Positions 48,321-59,110 of a DNA stretch of 64,000 nucleotides are shown here, one piece after another; the stretch's first letter is position 1; each line of letters starts with the position of its first letter. This stretch comes from Deltaproteobacteria bacterium (lineage in GTDB: Bacteria > Myxococcota_A > UBA9160 > UBA6930). The notes under the pieces are model-generated. The model was not told the origin of the DNA, did not search any database, and was given only the letters and a program-made list of their open reading frames with translations. The position numbers and the translations under genes are program-made. Location of the stretch: assembly GCA_029261795.1 (NCBI GenBank), contig JAJDAP010000035.1, positions 16,062 through 80,061 of the forward strand. Reading direction: 5' to 3'.

Positions 48321-48431
48321 CGATTGCCTGCCGATTCGCGGGCGCGGCGGCCCGGGTGGATGGGGACCGGTCTTGGTACCCGGGGCGCCATGGGGTGTCA
48401 AACCACATCCCAGGCAGCCTATGTTGCCTGA

Positions 48432-49250
48432 ATGAGCAAAGACGACCTGCTGTTCGAGTTGGACGACGATGGCGTCGCCACGATCACCCTGAATCGACCG
48501 GATCAGCTGAACGCGTTCTCGGGTGCCATGGGGACGGAGCTGGCCAAGGCGTACCAGCGTTGCGACGAAGACGACGCCGTTCGTGCCGTGGTGCTCACCG
48601 GTTCGGGACGCGGCTTCTGCGCCGGTGCGGACATGAGCGATGCCGCCGCTACTTTCGATCTCTCCGGCACGAGTCTGGCTGATTTCAGCGCGGCGGCCGT
48701 CGCGTTCCCCGCCTTCCGCGTTCGCAAGCTGGTGATCGCGGCGGTAAACGGGCACGCGATCGGCCTCGGCCTCACCCTCGCCATGCAATGCGACCTGCGC
48801 ATCTTCGCGCGCGAGGGCAAGTACGGGATCGTGCAGGTTCGTCGCGGCGTGATGCCCGACGCCTACAGCCACATGACCGTGCTGCGTGCGGTGGGCATGG
48901 CACGCGCCGCCGAAATCCTGCTGACCGGCCAGACCTTCAGCGGCGATGACGTCGAGCGTCTGGGGATCGCGAGCCGCGTCCTCCCCTCGGAAGAAGTGCT
49001 GGCCGCCGCAAAGGAAATCGCCAGGGACGTCGCCGTGAACGCGGCCCCCGTTTCCGTGGCCGTCTCGAAGCGGTTGTTGTGGGAGGCACCGCTCCTCTCT
49101 GCCGAAGACATCGAGCGCAAGGAGACGGCCCTCCATCTGCACCTGATGCCCAGGCCCGACGCCATCGAGGGACCGATGGCTTTCATCCAGAAGCGCAACC
49201 CGGAGTGGAAACTGCGCGTTTCGAGCGACTGGCCGGAGTGGCCCGAATAA
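48432..49250 (+). CDS. enoyl-CoA hydratase/isomerase
   Basis: ITLNRPDQLNAF…VLTGSGRGFCAGADM, 272 aa. Confidence 0.8.
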   Translation: MSKDDLLFELDDDGVATITLNRPDQLNAFSGAMGTELAKAYQRCDEDDAVRAVVLTGSGRGFCAGADMSDAAATFDLSGTSLADFSAAAVAFPAFRVRKLVIAAVNGHAIGLGLTLAMQCDLRIFAREGKYGIVQVRRGVMPDAYSHMTVLRAVGMARAAEILLTGQTFSGDDVERLGIASRVLPSEEVLAAAKEIARDVAVNAAPVSVAVSKRLLWEAPLLSAEDIERKETALHLHLMPRPDAIEGPMAFIQKRNPEWKLRVSSDWPEWPE

Positions 49251-49263
49251 CATCGCGCGCGGA

Positions 49264-50052
49264 TCAGGAGAACCGCTGAAGTGCTTCCACCGCTTCCAGG
49301 GTCGCGTCCAGGCGGGAGCCGCCGGGCTCGGCCGTGAAGCCGCCATCTTCGTCCTGGGCCGTCACGATCGCGGTGATCAGCTCCGGCGGATCCAGCTTTG
49401 CCCCGGGTAGCGCTCGTGCGCGGGCGCGACAGAAGACCCGGGCGACCGAGACCGGATCGAAGGCCTGCATCCGGAAGCCGCGCTCGAGTTCGCGGCCGCA
49501 CCACTGGAGGGCCTCGTCCCCGGCCTCCGAGGACGGATCCGAGCTGAAGGTAGAGAGCAGGTGCATGTAGGCGAGGATCGGCGCATAGCTCGGGCCCTGG
49601 ACCCGCTCGATGGTCCAGTGTCCGAGCAGAAAAGCCTCCGCGCTACGGAGCACCGAGGTGCGAGCGAACGGCGACTTCGCGAGGAAGCCGGCAACCGCCC
49701 CGGTCCGCAGAATACGCTGCTCCAGACCCTCGGAGGGATCGCCCCAGCCACCGTCCGCCGCCTGCCCCCTGGCCAGGAAGCCCACGGCCGCTTCGGGGAC
49801 CGGATGATCGAGCAGCCCGATCGCGTCGAGAAAGGAAAGTGCCCGCAAGGTGATCGCGACGAGATCATCGCCATCGTCCCGACGCCAGCCACGAATCGCT
49901 CCCGACGATTCTTGCTGCCCGGCGAATCCGTCGAGGAGACCGGCCGCATCGCGCTCTCGCAGCAGCGTCTCGAACTGGAGCCGGTCGAGCGGCGCACCCT
50001 CGAGCGCGATGTAGCCGCCAGCCCGCGCATAGACGCTGTCGAGCCCGCTCAA
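49264..50052 (-). CDS. prenyltransferase/squalene-cyclase-repeat (alpha/alpha toroid) protein
   Basis: Repeated Q-x-x-DGGW/F motifs (QAADGGWGD, QDEDGGFTAE). Confidence 0.4.
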   Translation of the reverse strand: MSGLDSVYARAGGYIALEGAPLDRLQFETLLRERDAAGLLDGFAGQQESSGAIRGWRRDDGDDLVAITLRALSFLDAIGLLDHPVPEAAVGFLARGQAADGGWGDPSEGLEQRILRTGAVAGFLAKSPFARTSVLRSAEAFLLGHWTIERVQGPSYAPILAYMHLLSTFSSDPSSEAGDEALQWCGRELERGFRMQAFDPVSVARVFCRARARALPGAKLDPPELITAIVTAQDEDGGFTAEPGGSRLDATLEAVEALQRFS

Positions 50053-51218
50053 TCGGCCCGCCGGAGCCAGAGCCCACTCAGGTACTCGCCTTCGGGATGA
50101 TCGAGGGAGACCGGGTGATCGACGGGGGCACCCAGCGTCGCCATCACCTGGATCCGGCGCCCAGCGTCGAGGGCGGCGCCGAAGGCGATCTTGCGAAACA
50201 GATCCGGGCCGACGTGGTGGGAACAGCTGAAGGCGAGGATGTCACCTCCCGGCGTGGCACGGCGCATGCCGTGCATCAGCAGATCCTTGTAGCCGCGCGA
50301 CGCCTTGCTGACGTCGGCGCGGCGTCGAGCCAACGGCGGCGGGTCGATCACGATCAGGTCGAAGGGCTCGCTCCCGCCGCGCAGCCAGCGGAACGCGTCT
50401 GCGTTGACGAGATCCGCGCGAATTTCTTCTGCCACCGGCGCCAGATGTTCCGCGCCGCGGGCGAGTGCCTCCTTGGAAGAATCGACGGCCACGAGGCTGG
50501 CAGCGCCGCCCACTGCCGCCGCGACGGAAAATCCGCCCGTGTACGAGAACAGATCGAGCACGCGGCGGCCCTTGGCCAGGTCCGACACGAGATCCCGAGC
50601 GTCGCGTTGGTCGAGATAGAAGCCGGTCTTCTGGCCATGTCGCACATCCACGCGGTAGACCCTGTCTCGTTCGCGGATCGAAACCGGAACGTCGGGCACC
50701 TCGCCGAACAAGCTGCGCTCCTCGACGGGAACGCCCTCGCGACGCAACGCGATCGCGTCCGGGCGAAGCAGCGCCGCCTCTCCGGAGGCGCGCAGGACTT
50801 CGCCGATCTCGGAGGCGCGGCGTTGCATCCCGGCCGTCGTCGGCCGGACCACCAGGATGCCCGCATAACGATCCACGACCAGGCCGGGCAGGCCGTCCCC
50901 TTCGCTATTCACCAGGCGGATCGCATCGGTCTCGACGAGGCCGGGTAGATTCTCGCGACGAACCAGTGCCGTGCGGACAGCCGCCAACAGACCTTCCTCA
51001 CCGGCACTGTCCTTCCCCCACTCGACGATCCGCGCGCGGATCGCGCTGGCGGGGGCCACGTGGGCGTAGCCCAGGACCTCGCCCTCGGCCGCTACCACTG
51101 CCACGAGATCGCCGGGCTCCGGCGTTCCGTCGACGCTGGCAACGGCTCCAGACATGACCCAGGGATGTCTACGACGAACGGACCGATCGCGGCCCGGCTT
51201 GAGAATCAGGGAATCCAT
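50049..51218 (-). CDS. rlmI: 23S rRNA m5C1962 methyltransferase-like (PUA plus class I SAM methyltransferase)
   Basis: 389 aa with LDLFSYTGGFSV and DPPP… motifs. Length and architecture match RlmI. Confidence 0.65.
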   Translation of the reverse strand: MDSLILKPGRDRSVRRRHPWVMSGAVASVDGTPEPGDLVAVVAAEGEVLGYAHVAPASAIRARIVEWGKDSAGEEGLLAAVRTALVRRENLPGLVETDAIRLVNSEGDGLPGLVVDRYAGILVVRPTTAGMQRRASEIGEVLRASGEAALLRPDAIALRREGVPVEERSLFGEVPDVPVSIRERDRVYRVDVRHGQKTGFYLDQRDARDLVSDLAKGRRVLDLFSYTGGFSVAAAVGGAASLVAVDSSKEALARGAEHLAPVAEEIRADLVNADAFRWLRGGSEPFDLIVIDPPPLARRRADVSKASRGYKDLLMHGMRRATPGGDILAFSCSHHVGPDLFRKIAFGAALDAGRRIQVMATLGAPVDHPVSLDHPEGEYLSGLWLRRAD

Positions 51219-51267
51219 CGGCGCAGGGTAGCGACCCGCGTCGAACGGCGTCCCCTAGACTGCGGCC

Positions 51268-53340
51268 ATGCCGAGTGACGAAACGACCGGCCCGAACGGG
51301 CCGAACGGGCCCAGCAACCGGTTGGCGGCGGAGACCAGCCTGTATCTCCGCCAGCACATGCACAACCCGGTGGACTGGTTTCCCTGGGGCCAGGAAGCGC
51401 TGGCGCGGGCTCAGGCGGAGAACAAGCCGCTGCTGGTCTCGATCGGGTACAGCGCCTGCCATTGGTGCCACGTCATGGAGCACGAGTCCTTCGAGAACCC
51501 GGTAACTGCCGAACTGATGAACCAGCTCTACGTCTGCATCAAGGTCGACCGGGAGGAACGTCCGGATGTCGACCAGCTCTACATGGATACCGTGGTGCGA
51601 CTGCAAGGCAGTGGCGGTTGGCCCCTCACCGTCTTCTGCAAGCCCGACGGAAAACCGTTCTATGGTGGCACCTACTATCCGCCGGAACCGCGCCACGGCG
51701 TGCCGGCGTTTCGCGATGTGCTCCGCTCGCTCTCCGAGGCCTATCATGAGCGACCGGACGAGATCGACGACGCTGCCCAGCGGATCCTGGGTGCCCTTTC
51801 GGCGCGACCCCAAGGTGTGGCAGAGGCCCTGCCCGGGCGCGAACTCCTCGGCAAGGCGGCGCACTCCCTCCTGCACAGCGCGGATCGGAACCATGGCGGC
51901 TTCGGCGGCGGCCCGAAATTTCCCACGCCCACGAACCTCGAGCTGATGTTGGCCGGCTGTGACGTGTTGCAAGACGATCTCGCTCGCGACGCCATCGCAC
52001 ATCTCGTCTTCAGCTGCCGCCAGATGTCGCGCCGAGGCCTCTACGATCCGTTGGGCGGCGGCTTCCATCGATACTGCGTCGACGCTCGCTGGGACGTTCC
52101 GCACTTCGAGAAGATGTTGTACGACCAGGGCCAGTTGCTCCGAAGCTACGCGGATGTCTGGCGACGTACCGGCGCATCCAATGCCGATCTGGTGTGGCCA
52201 ATCCGCGAAACCGCCACCTTCCTGGCGCGCGAGATGACGGCGCCAGACGGCGGCTTCTACGCCAGTCAGGACGCTGATAGCGAAGGCGTCGAAGGGAAGT
52301 TCTACCTCTTCAGCCCGGACGAAGTCGAAGCCGCCCTCGGCAGCGAGCGCGGAGCCCGCTTCAACGAGGCCTACGGCGTCGTGCCCGCTGGAAACTTCGA
52401 GGGCAAGACCGTGCTCTGGGACATCGCCGGTGGTCCACACGACGAACTCGCCGAGGAGCGCGCCGACGTCTATGCCGCCCGCGCCAAGCGCATTCCACCG
52501 GCGACGGATACCAAGCGCGTGCTCTCCTGGAACAGCTACGCGATCTCGGGCCTCGCCTACGCGGGTAGCGTGTTGGACGATCCGGCACTCGTCGCCCAGG
52601 CAGCGGCCGTCGCCGAATTCGTCCGCGACCGGTTGCGTCGCGAAGACGGCTCGTGGTGGCGGGTCTTCGCCGAGGGCGAGGCGAAGGTGCCCGCCTTCCT
52701 CGATGACCTCGCGGCCTGGGCGACGGCGTGCCTCGACCTGCACCGGGCTGGCGGGGGAGCGTCGTGGCTCGGGATCGCCCTCGAGTGCGTCGAGGAAATC
52801 CAGGCGCGCTTCTTCGATCCCGGCGAGAACGATTTCTTCTTGACCCCGAACGACGGCGAGCAGCTCGTCCACCGGCCGCGCTCGGACCACGACGGCGCGA
52901 CCCCGGACGCCGGCGGCCTGGCGGCCCTCGCCTTCGTGCGGGCGGCGTCGCTCTCGGGCCGGGCCGACCTGCGCGCGACCGTGGATCGCGTCTTCCGAAA
53001 CCACGCTTTCGTGCTCGAGAAGGCACCGAACTCGTTCACCACGATGCTAAGGGCGGCCGCCCTGCACGACGCAGGCCCGTCGCTGGCGGTCATCGTAGGG
53101 CCAGCCGACGCGCCGGCGACCCGAGCGCTCGCGCTCGGCGCACGGAGGCTGCTCGCTCCCGACGAAGCCGTTCTCGTTGTCGCGCCCGGCGACCCGCCTG
53201 CGGGCATCGATGCGAGCTGGCTCGCGGGCCGCGACCCGAAGCAAGGGGTGCCGACAGCCTACGTGTGTCGCGGCACTCATTGTTCGCTGCCGGCGACCCG
53301 GCCAGAAGAACTCACCCCACTGCTAGCGGCTTCGCGTTAA
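51268..53340 (+). CDS. thioredoxin-domain protein, YyaL/DUF255 family
   Basis: N-terminal [18 protein letters not shown]…[14 protein letters not shown] (the family's CxxC), then an (alpha/alpha)6-barrel-like region, 690 aa. Confidence 0.75.
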   Translation: MPSDETTGPNGPNGPSNRLAAETSLYLRQHMHNPVDWFPWGQEALARAQAENKPLLVSIGYSACHWCHVMEHESFENPVTAELMNQLYVCIKVDREERPDVDQLYMDTVVRLQGSGGWPLTVFCKPDGKPFYGGTYYPPEPRHGVPAFRDVLRSLSEAYHERPDEIDDAAQRILGALSARPQGVAEALPGRELLGKAAHSLLHSADRNHGGFGGGPKFPTPTNLELMLAGCDVLQDDLARDAIAHLVFSCRQMSRRGLYDPLGGGFHRYCVDARWDVPHFEKMLYDQGQLLRSYADVWRRTGASNADLVWPIRETATFLAREMTAPDGGFYASQDADSEGVEGKFYLFSPDEVEAALGSERGARFNEAYGVVPAGNFEGKTVLWDIAGGPHDELAEERADVYAARAKRIPPATDTKRVLSWNSYAISGLAYAGSVLDDPALVAQAAAVAEFVRDRLRREDGSWWRVFAEGEAKVPAFLDDLAAWATACLDLHRAGGGASWLGIALECVEEIQARFFDPGENDFFLTPNDGEQLVHRPRSDHDGATPDAGGLAALAFVRAASLSGRADLRATVDRVFRNHAFVLEKAPNSFTTMLRAAALHDAGPSLAVIVGPADAPATRALALGARRLLAPDEAVLVVAPGDPPAGIDASWLAGRDPKQGVPTAYVCRGTHCSLPATRPEELTPLLAASR

Positions 53341-53363
53341 GGACCTGCTATCCCTCCGCCATC

Positions 53364-54065
53364 GTGGGATGGATCGGAGATGCACTCGCAGCCGCCTTCG
53401 AGCTCATTGTGGGTGGAGACCCGGAGCTCGGGGAGATCGTCGCGCTCTCGCTGCGGGTCAGCGGAACCGCGCTGCTCGTCTCCAGTGTCATCGGACTTCC
53501 GTTCGGCGCGCTGCTCGGAATCGTTCGATTCCCCGGCCGACGTGGCGTGGTCATCGTGCTGAACACGTTGATGGGCTTACCTCCCGTCGTCGTCGGCCTC
53601 GGCGTCCTGCTGTTGCTGTCGCGACCCGGTCCGCTCGGACACCTCGGGCTCCTCTTCACACCCGAGGCGATGATGATCGCCCAGTCGATCCTGATCACGC
53701 CGATCGTGGCCGCGCTGACGCGCCAGACCATCGAGGACGCGTTCGACGAATACGGCGAACAGCTGCGCTCGCTAGGCGCCGGCCGACTCCGCAGCGCGGC
53801 GACGCTTCTCTACGAGGCGCGCTTCACGTTGCTCACTGCTGTCCTTGCCGGCTTCGGACGCGCAATCGCCGAGGTCGGCGCGGTCCAGATCGTTGGCGGC
53901 AACATCGCTCACGTCACCCGGATCATGACGACCACCATCGCGCTCGATACCAATCGGGGAGAATTCGCGCTGGCCATGGGCCTCGGCATCATCCTGCTGC
54001 TGCTCGCGCTCGCCATCGTCGGGAGTGCAGAAATCTTGCGCGGGGTCGCGAATCGTGCAGCCTGA
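53364..54065 (+). CDS. ABC transporter permease (tungstate/oxyanion-type)
   Basis: GTG start, five or six transmembrane helices. Co-operonic with the ATPase and the binding protein. Confidence 0.6.
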   Translation: MGWIGDALAAAFELIVGGDPELGEIVALSLRVSGTALLVSSVIGLPFGALLGIVRFPGRRGVVIVLNTLMGLPPVVVGLGVLLLLSRPGPLGHLGLLFTPEAMMIAQSILITPIVAALTRQTIEDAFDEYGEQLRSLGAGRLRSAATLLYEARFTLLTAVLAGFGRAIAEVGAVQIVGGNIAHVTRIMTTTIALDTNRGEFALAMGLGIILLLLALAIVGSAEILRGVANRAA

Positions 54066-54789
54066 GGCCCCCCCGAACACGCCGCTGTTGCCGCTGCGTT
54101 TCGAACGCGTGGGCTATCGGAGCCGAAGCACGAGTCTGCTCGAAGAGTTGAGCTTCAGTCTCGATGCGGGCCCCGTCAGCGTGATCCTGGGACCGAACGG
54201 GGCTGGCAAGACGCTGGCCCTGCGAATCGCGAACGGGCTGATCGCGCCTAGCAGCGGTGTGGTCAGTTGGAACGGCGGCACGGAACGAGCGCGGGCAGAG
54301 AGCACGCTGGTGTTTCAACGCCCGGTGCTGCTGCGTCGCAGTGCCCGAGCGAATATCGAGTACGCCCTGCGGCTGCGCGGCATGGCTCGAAAGGAATGCC
54401 GAAGTCGGGCAGAGGTCGCCCTCGGGGCGCTGGGCCTGTCGAAACTGGGCGATCGTCCGGCGCGACTCCTCTCCGGTGGCGAGCAACACCGCCTCGCGCT
54501 GGCGCGCGCGCGGGCGCTCGCGCCGACGGTGCTGTTCCTCGACGAGCCGGCGGCGTCCCTCGATCCCGGAGCGACCCGGGCCCTGGAGACCTCGATCACC
54601 AATCTGCGCGACGCGGGGACCAAGATCATCATGACGACCCACGATCTCGAGCAGGCCCGCCGCATGGCGGATGAGATCCTTTTCTTTCATCGTGGGCGCC
54701 TGCTGGAACACGCTTCGGCGGAAGCGTTCTTCGGCGATCCCAAATGCATCGAGGCCAAGAAATTCCTGGCAAGGGAGTTGACCAGTTGA
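54025..54789 (+). CDS. ABC transporter ATP-binding protein
   Basis: Walker A GPNGAGKTL, signature LSGGEQHRLALAR, Walker B LFLDEPAASLD. The start may be the GTG at 54055. Confidence 0.7.
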   Translation: MQKSCAGSRIVQPEAPPNTPLLPLRFERVGYRSRSTSLLEELSFSLDAGPVSVILGPNGAGKTLALRIANGLIAPSSGVVSWNGGTERARAESTLVFQRPVLLRRSARANIEYALRLRGMARKECRSRAEVALGALGLSKLGDRPARLLSGGEQHRLALARARALAPTVLFLDEPAASLDPGATRALETSITNLRDAGTKIIMTTHDLEQARRMADEILFFHRGRLLEHASAEAFFGDPKCIEAKKFLARELTS

Positions 54790-55649
54790 GTTCCAGAACG
54801 TTTCCGATCATCGCCCTCGCGATCGCCATGCTATTCGGGTGCAGCCCAGCGGACGAGACGAGCGAACCCGAGGCCGTCTTCATCATCCTCGGCTCGACGA
54901 CCTCCACCCGGGATTCGGGCCTGTTGGCGGATCTGACCGAGCGCTTCCGGGCCCGCACGGGCATCGAGGTGCGCGTGATCGCGGCCGGGACCGGACGTGC
55001 CCTCGAGTACGGCCGGCGCGGCGATGTCGACATGCTGCTCGTCCACCATCGGCCAAGCGAGGATGCCTTCGTCGCCGAGGGCTACGCGCCCTACCGACGG
55101 GACCTGATGTACAACGATTTCGTGATCGTGGGGCCGCCCGATGATCCTGCGAAAATCCGCGGAACTTCTACAGCCACGGATGCACTCGCCGCGATCGCGG
55201 CCTCGGAATCACCGTTCCTCTCACGAGGCGACGATTCGGGCACCCACAAGAAGGAACACGGCCTCTGGGCCGAGGCGGGCATCGACCCAGGCCCACATTC
55301 GGGCACCTGGTACCGCGAAACCGGGAGCGGCATGGGGGCCACCCTGAACGTGGCGGCCGAGATGGCCGCTTACACGTTGACCGATCGCGGCACCTGGCTG
55401 GCTTCGGCGAATCATCAGGACCTCGAGATCCTGCTCGAGGGCGACCCGCCGCTCCGCAACCCGTACGGTCTCCTTCCCATCGATCCGGAACGTCATCCAC
55501 ACGTCAAGTTCGAGGCCGCCGAGACTTTCATCCACTGGCTCTTGTCGGACGAAGGCCTCGACGCCATCGATGCATTCAAGGTGAGGGGCGAGCAGCTCTT
55601 CTTCGCAGACCGTTCAGATTCCGGCGGAGCCGCAGCCGTTTCCGACTAG
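54786..55649 (+). CDS. TupA-like tungstate/oxyanion substrate-binding lipoprotein
   Basis: The TTG start overlaps the ATPase stop as TTGA. Signal peptide with lipobox (LFGC). The TTSTxDSGL motif (FIILGSTTSTRDSGLLADL) is characteristic of TupA/WtpA-type binding proteins. Confidence 0.6.
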   Translation: MSSRTFPIIALAIAMLFGCSPADETSEPEAVFIILGSTTSTRDSGLLADLTERFRARTGIEVRVIAAGTGRALEYGRRGDVDMLLVHHRPSEDAFVAEGYAPYRRDLMYNDFVIVGPPDDPAKIRGTSTATDALAAIAASESPFLSRGDDSGTHKKEHGLWAEAGIDPGPHSGTWYRETGSGMGATLNVAAEMAAYTLTDRGTWLASANHQDLEILLEGDPPLRNPYGLLPIDPERHPHVKFEAAETFIHWLLSDEGLDAIDAFKVRGEQLFFADRSDSGGAAAVSD

Positions 55650-55758
55650 AACGCAGCTCCGAAACCCGGACCGAGCCAGGCGTGCGCCTGGCGACGGGAG
55701 GGTTCTCGAGATGCGCCCTAGACTCCCCGCCCCCGACAACCTGGGGAGAGGAGGAAAC

Positions 55759-56691
55759 ATGCGGAAAGACCTTGTCGTCGGCGTCCTGCTGGCGCTGCTG
55801 CCCGCCGGCAGCGCGTCTGCCGAACGGGTCGCGCTCTCCAATGGCGACGTACTGGAAGCCGTTCGCGTCGAGCGGACCGAGGACGGCTGGCTCATCGAAC
55901 ATGCGGTGTTGGGCACCCTCGAGTTGGCCGCCGATGCGGTCGTCCTCGATGAAACGCCCGCAACGCTGTCGGTCCCAGACGTCGCCGCCGAACCCTCGGA
56001 AGCTGCGGATACCGGGCTCTTCGGCAGCGGCTGGCTGGTCGATTTCGACCGCGCCTTCTCGCTGGGGCTCTCGGGCGCGAGCGGGAATTCGAGGAACAAG
56101 GATTTCACGGCCGGCCTGGACCTCGATTTCGAGAACGAACTCAGACGCTGGAACTTCGACGGGCGCTTCTTCTACTCGGAATCCGACGGCTCCGGTACCA
56201 AGAACCAGGCCTACGCCGACCTGACCCGCGATTGGTTGCTGCCCTCGGAAACCCACTTCTACTTCGCTCACCTGCGCTGGGACCTCGACCAGTTCGAGGA
56301 CTGGGACCATCGCGGCAGCCTCGGCGGCGGCGTGGGCTGGGACCTGGTCACGCGCGAGGGGTTCAAGCTACGCGCACGGACGGGTGGAGCCGTGACCCGG
56401 ACCTTCGGAGGTACGGACGACGACACCGACCTGGAATTGCTGCTGCGCGTCGAGACCGAGTGGCAGCCCACACCCCACCAGACCATTGCCGCCTACAACA
56501 CGATCTATCCATCAGTGACGGACACCGGCGAATTCCGGAACCTGAGCGGCGTTACCTGGAAGATCGCACTGGCCGACGCCGAGGGGCTGGCCCTCCAACT
56601 CGGGCTCGAGAACGAGTACGAATCCGACGTGGCGCCCGGCATCGAACGCAACGACCTCCAGTACAACGCCTCGTTGGTGGTCGACTTCTAG
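55759..56691 (+). CDS. DUF481-like outer-membrane beta-barrel protein
   Basis: GGAGAGGAGGAAAC SD. Signal peptide MRKDLVVGVLLALLPAGSASA, beta-strand-rich, C-terminal VVDF. Confidence 0.5.
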   Translation: MRKDLVVGVLLALLPAGSASAERVALSNGDVLEAVRVERTEDGWLIEHAVLGTLELAADAVVLDETPATLSVPDVAAEPSEAADTGLFGSGWLVDFDRAFSLGLSGASGNSRNKDFTAGLDLDFENELRRWNFDGRFFYSESDGSGTKNQAYADLTRDWLLPSETHFYFAHLRWDLDQFEDWDHRGSLGGGVGWDLVTREGFKLRARTGGAVTRTFGGTDDDTDLELLLRVETEWQPTPHQTIAAYNTIYPSVTDTGEFRNLSGVTWKIALADAEGLALQLGLENEYESDVAPGIERNDLQYNASLVVDF

Positions 56692-56759
56692 CGCGATCGG
56701 CGCCCGCGAACGCCTACGGCTGTTACTCTCCGCGCACCCAGCCCAACGAGGAGGAAACC

Positions 56760-57563
56760 GTGAAACGAGTCACCAAGCGAATCCAGATGATCCTGGCCCT
56801 CAGCCTGATCGTCCTGACCCAGGCCGCCTGCGTGGTCATCGAAGACGGCGAAGTCGGCATTTCGAAGAGCTTCGGCGAGATCGGTGACGAGCCGGTGCCC
56901 CAGGGCATCGCCCTCGTTGTCCCCGTCGCGCGCCAGATCGAGACCTGGAACGTGAAGCTGCAGGAGCAGAAGGAGACCGCGACGGTGCCTTCTTCGGAAG
57001 GGCTGATCGTCGGGCTCGACACCTCGCTCCTCTTCAGGGTCGAGGCGGATAAGGCTCCCGAGCTTCGCAAGACCGTGGGACGGGAAGAGGCCGTGATGCG
57101 ACAGCTCGTGGTCGCCTACTTCCGCAACGCACTGCGCGACGTGGTGGCAGGCTACCCGGTCAAGAACATCTACTCCGAGAGCGGCCGCAAGGAGATCGCA
57201 CAGCGTATCAAGGAGTTCCTCAGCGAGAACCTCGGCCCGCGCGGAATCGTGATCGAAGACGTCCTGCTTCGTGACGTGCAGCTCCCCCAGCGCTTCCGTG
57301 AGAGCATCGAGGCCAAACTCACCGCCGAGCAACGGGTGCAGCAGAAGCAGTTCGAACTCGACCAGGCGAGAAAGGATGCCGAGATCGAGGTTGCACGCGC
57401 CGAGGGTGCGGCACAGGCCCAACGCATCATCCGCGAGACGCTCTCCGACTCGTACCTCCAGTACCTGTGGATCCGGACACTCGCCGACAACCCGAACGTC
57501 ATCTACGTTGCCACCGAAGCCAACCTTCCGATCTTCAAGGGTGTCGGTGGGCCCAAGCGATAG
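56760..57563 (+). CDS. SPFH/band-7 (prohibitin-like) membrane protein
   Basis: AGGAGGA SD then GTG. N-terminal anchor, SPFH core and a coiled-coil C-terminus (EQRVQQKQFELDQARKDAEIEVARAEGAAQAQRII). Confidence 0.7.
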   Translation: MKRVTKRIQMILALSLIVLTQAACVVIEDGEVGISKSFGEIGDEPVPQGIALVVPVARQIETWNVKLQEQKETATVPSSEGLIVGLDTSLLFRVEADKAPELRKTVGREEAVMRQLVVAYFRNALRDVVAGYPVKNIYSESGRKEIAQRIKEFLSENLGPRGIVIEDVLLRDVQLPQRFRESIEAKLTAEQRVQQKQFELDQARKDAEIEVARAEGAAQAQRIIRETLSDSYLQYLWIRTLADNPNVIYVATEANLPIFKGVGGPKR

Positions 57564-57593
57564 CTCACCAACACGGCCAATCAGGACTGGTTG

Positions 57594-58280
57594 CTAGGGG
57601 CTGAGGTGCTTCTCGACGAATAACTGGATCGAACGGCGGTGCCCGGGTGCTGTCCGCTCGAAGACCAGGCCCGTGTCCGGAAGCAGTTGATAGGTGGGTT
57701 CTGCGCGGGTGTTGACCCGTCCCAATCGCGGCAGGTCGAACATGATCTCCATCGGGGTATCGAGGGCCAGCGGTTCGGTCGAGCGGACCAGACAGCCGTT
57801 CTCCGAGAGCGAGAGTAGCGGCGCAGTCCACTCCCGATCCCGCTGGCGAATCTTCGCCTGGATCTGCGTGGGAATTCTCACGCACGATCGGGGATTGGCC
57901 TCCAACGCCTGCTGGAGCAGCCGGTAGAGCTCGTGGAGCCCGGCGGGCGTAGGGATCCCTCCGATGATGCGCGGATCCCCGTTCGTCACGCCCCCGCGCC
58001 CGGTCAGGACGACGAGCGACAGCCCCTCGAACTCCCGATCGGCCGGAAGCTCATCGATGCGTTGCTGGTCGACGATGCATAGTTCCGGCGGGTGCCGGAG
58101 CAGCTCGGGCGAGGCCAACCACTCGTCGATCGGCACGATCGAGTAGCCAAGGTGGGAGAGGATGTTTCGTGCCATGGGCACATAGGCATTGGCATGCGCG
58201 AGGGAGACGATCCAGCGCGGCTCCCCCGTGCGCCGGAGCGCGCGGATCTCGTCTGACATACGCCGGTTATCGGCGCTCAT
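57594..58280 (-). CDS. PilZ-domain protein with an N-terminal receiver-like domain
   Basis: C-terminal RSCVR…LSLSENG approximates the PilZ RxxxR / (D/N)xSxxG c-di-GMP motifs. Confidence 0.4.
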   Translation of the reverse strand: MSADNRRMSDEIRALRRTGEPRWIVSLAHANAYVPMARNILSHLGYSIVPIDEWLASPELLRHPPELCIVDQQRIDELPADREFEGLSLVVLTGRGGVTNGDPRIIGGIPTPAGLHELYRLLQQALEANPRSCVRIPTQIQAKIRQRDREWTAPLLSLSENGCLVRSTEPLALDTPMEIMFDLPRLGRVNTRAEPTYQLLPDTGLVFERTAPGHRRSIQLFVEKHLSP

Positions 58281-58373
58281 CGCTCCGGGATTGAGTCCCA
58301 GATTGTCCCCTTCTGATCGCCTTCGATCAGCAGAAAGAGAGCGAACTCAACAACTTTTCCTAACCTCCTGCAT

Positions 58374-59099
58374 GTGGGAGGTGATCGGCAGCTCGCTACC
58401 TGGCTCCTCAGTCGACGCGGCGTCATCGAGCGATCGATGGCCACACGACTGGGCAGAAAGCCAGCCAGTTCTTCGCCGGAGAGCGAAGTCCTACGCCGCT
58501 TCCGCAGCTTCGCGATGCTGACGCTGTCTGGTGGCCATCCCGACCCTTCCCTCGACGGCCTGCGGGTCCCCTATCCCCGGGTCGCTCGGCTACTCGGCGC
58601 CTGGGTCGAAGCCGCGATCGAAACGGCCGGGCCCAGTGGTCCCCAGGTTCGAGAAGCACTGGAACCGCTACGTGAGCGCTTCCAGCTCGCCCTACGCGGC
58701 ACCGCCACGGCAAGGCGCGCAAGTGGCGCTCCGCGCACCAATCGACGCAGGGCCGTGGCCGCCGCCATCGATCGCGTCGCCGAGGCCTTCCTGGCGGTCG
58801 ACACCGATACCGGCACCATCGAGGACGCCAACCCGGCGGCCGGCGCCCTGCTCGGCACACCGCGCGACGCGCTGATCGGTTCCGAGGCGATCGGTTATGT
58901 CCCCAAGCAAGAGCGTGACGCCTGGTGGACCGAACTCGAGGCCGTCGCCGAGGGCGAGGATGGCCGGCACTTCCGAACCTGGCTCTCGGACGGACTCGGA
59001 GGCTCCATCGCCGTTGAGGCCAGCATCACACGTTTCTCGACGCGGCGACGCACGCTGGCATTGTTCATCGCCCGTCCGACGCGCGCCGCTCGAGGTTAG
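58374..59099 (+). CDS. PAS-domain protein
   Basis: PAS-like segment AFLAVDTDTGTIEDANPAAGALLGTPRDALIG. The start is uncertain. Confidence 0.4.
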   Translation: MGGDRQLATWLLSRRGVIERSMATRLGRKPASSSPESEVLRRFRSFAMLTLSGGHPDPSLDGLRVPYPRVARLLGAWVEAAIETAGPSGPQVREALEPLRERFQLALRGTATARRASGAPRTNRRRAVAAAIDRVAEAFLAVDTDTGTIEDANPAAGALLGTPRDALIGSEAIGYVPKQERDAWWTELEAVAEGEDGRHFRTWLSDGLGGSIAVEASITRFSTRRRTLALFIARPTRAARG

Positions 59100-59110
59100 T
59101 CGGCTACGGT

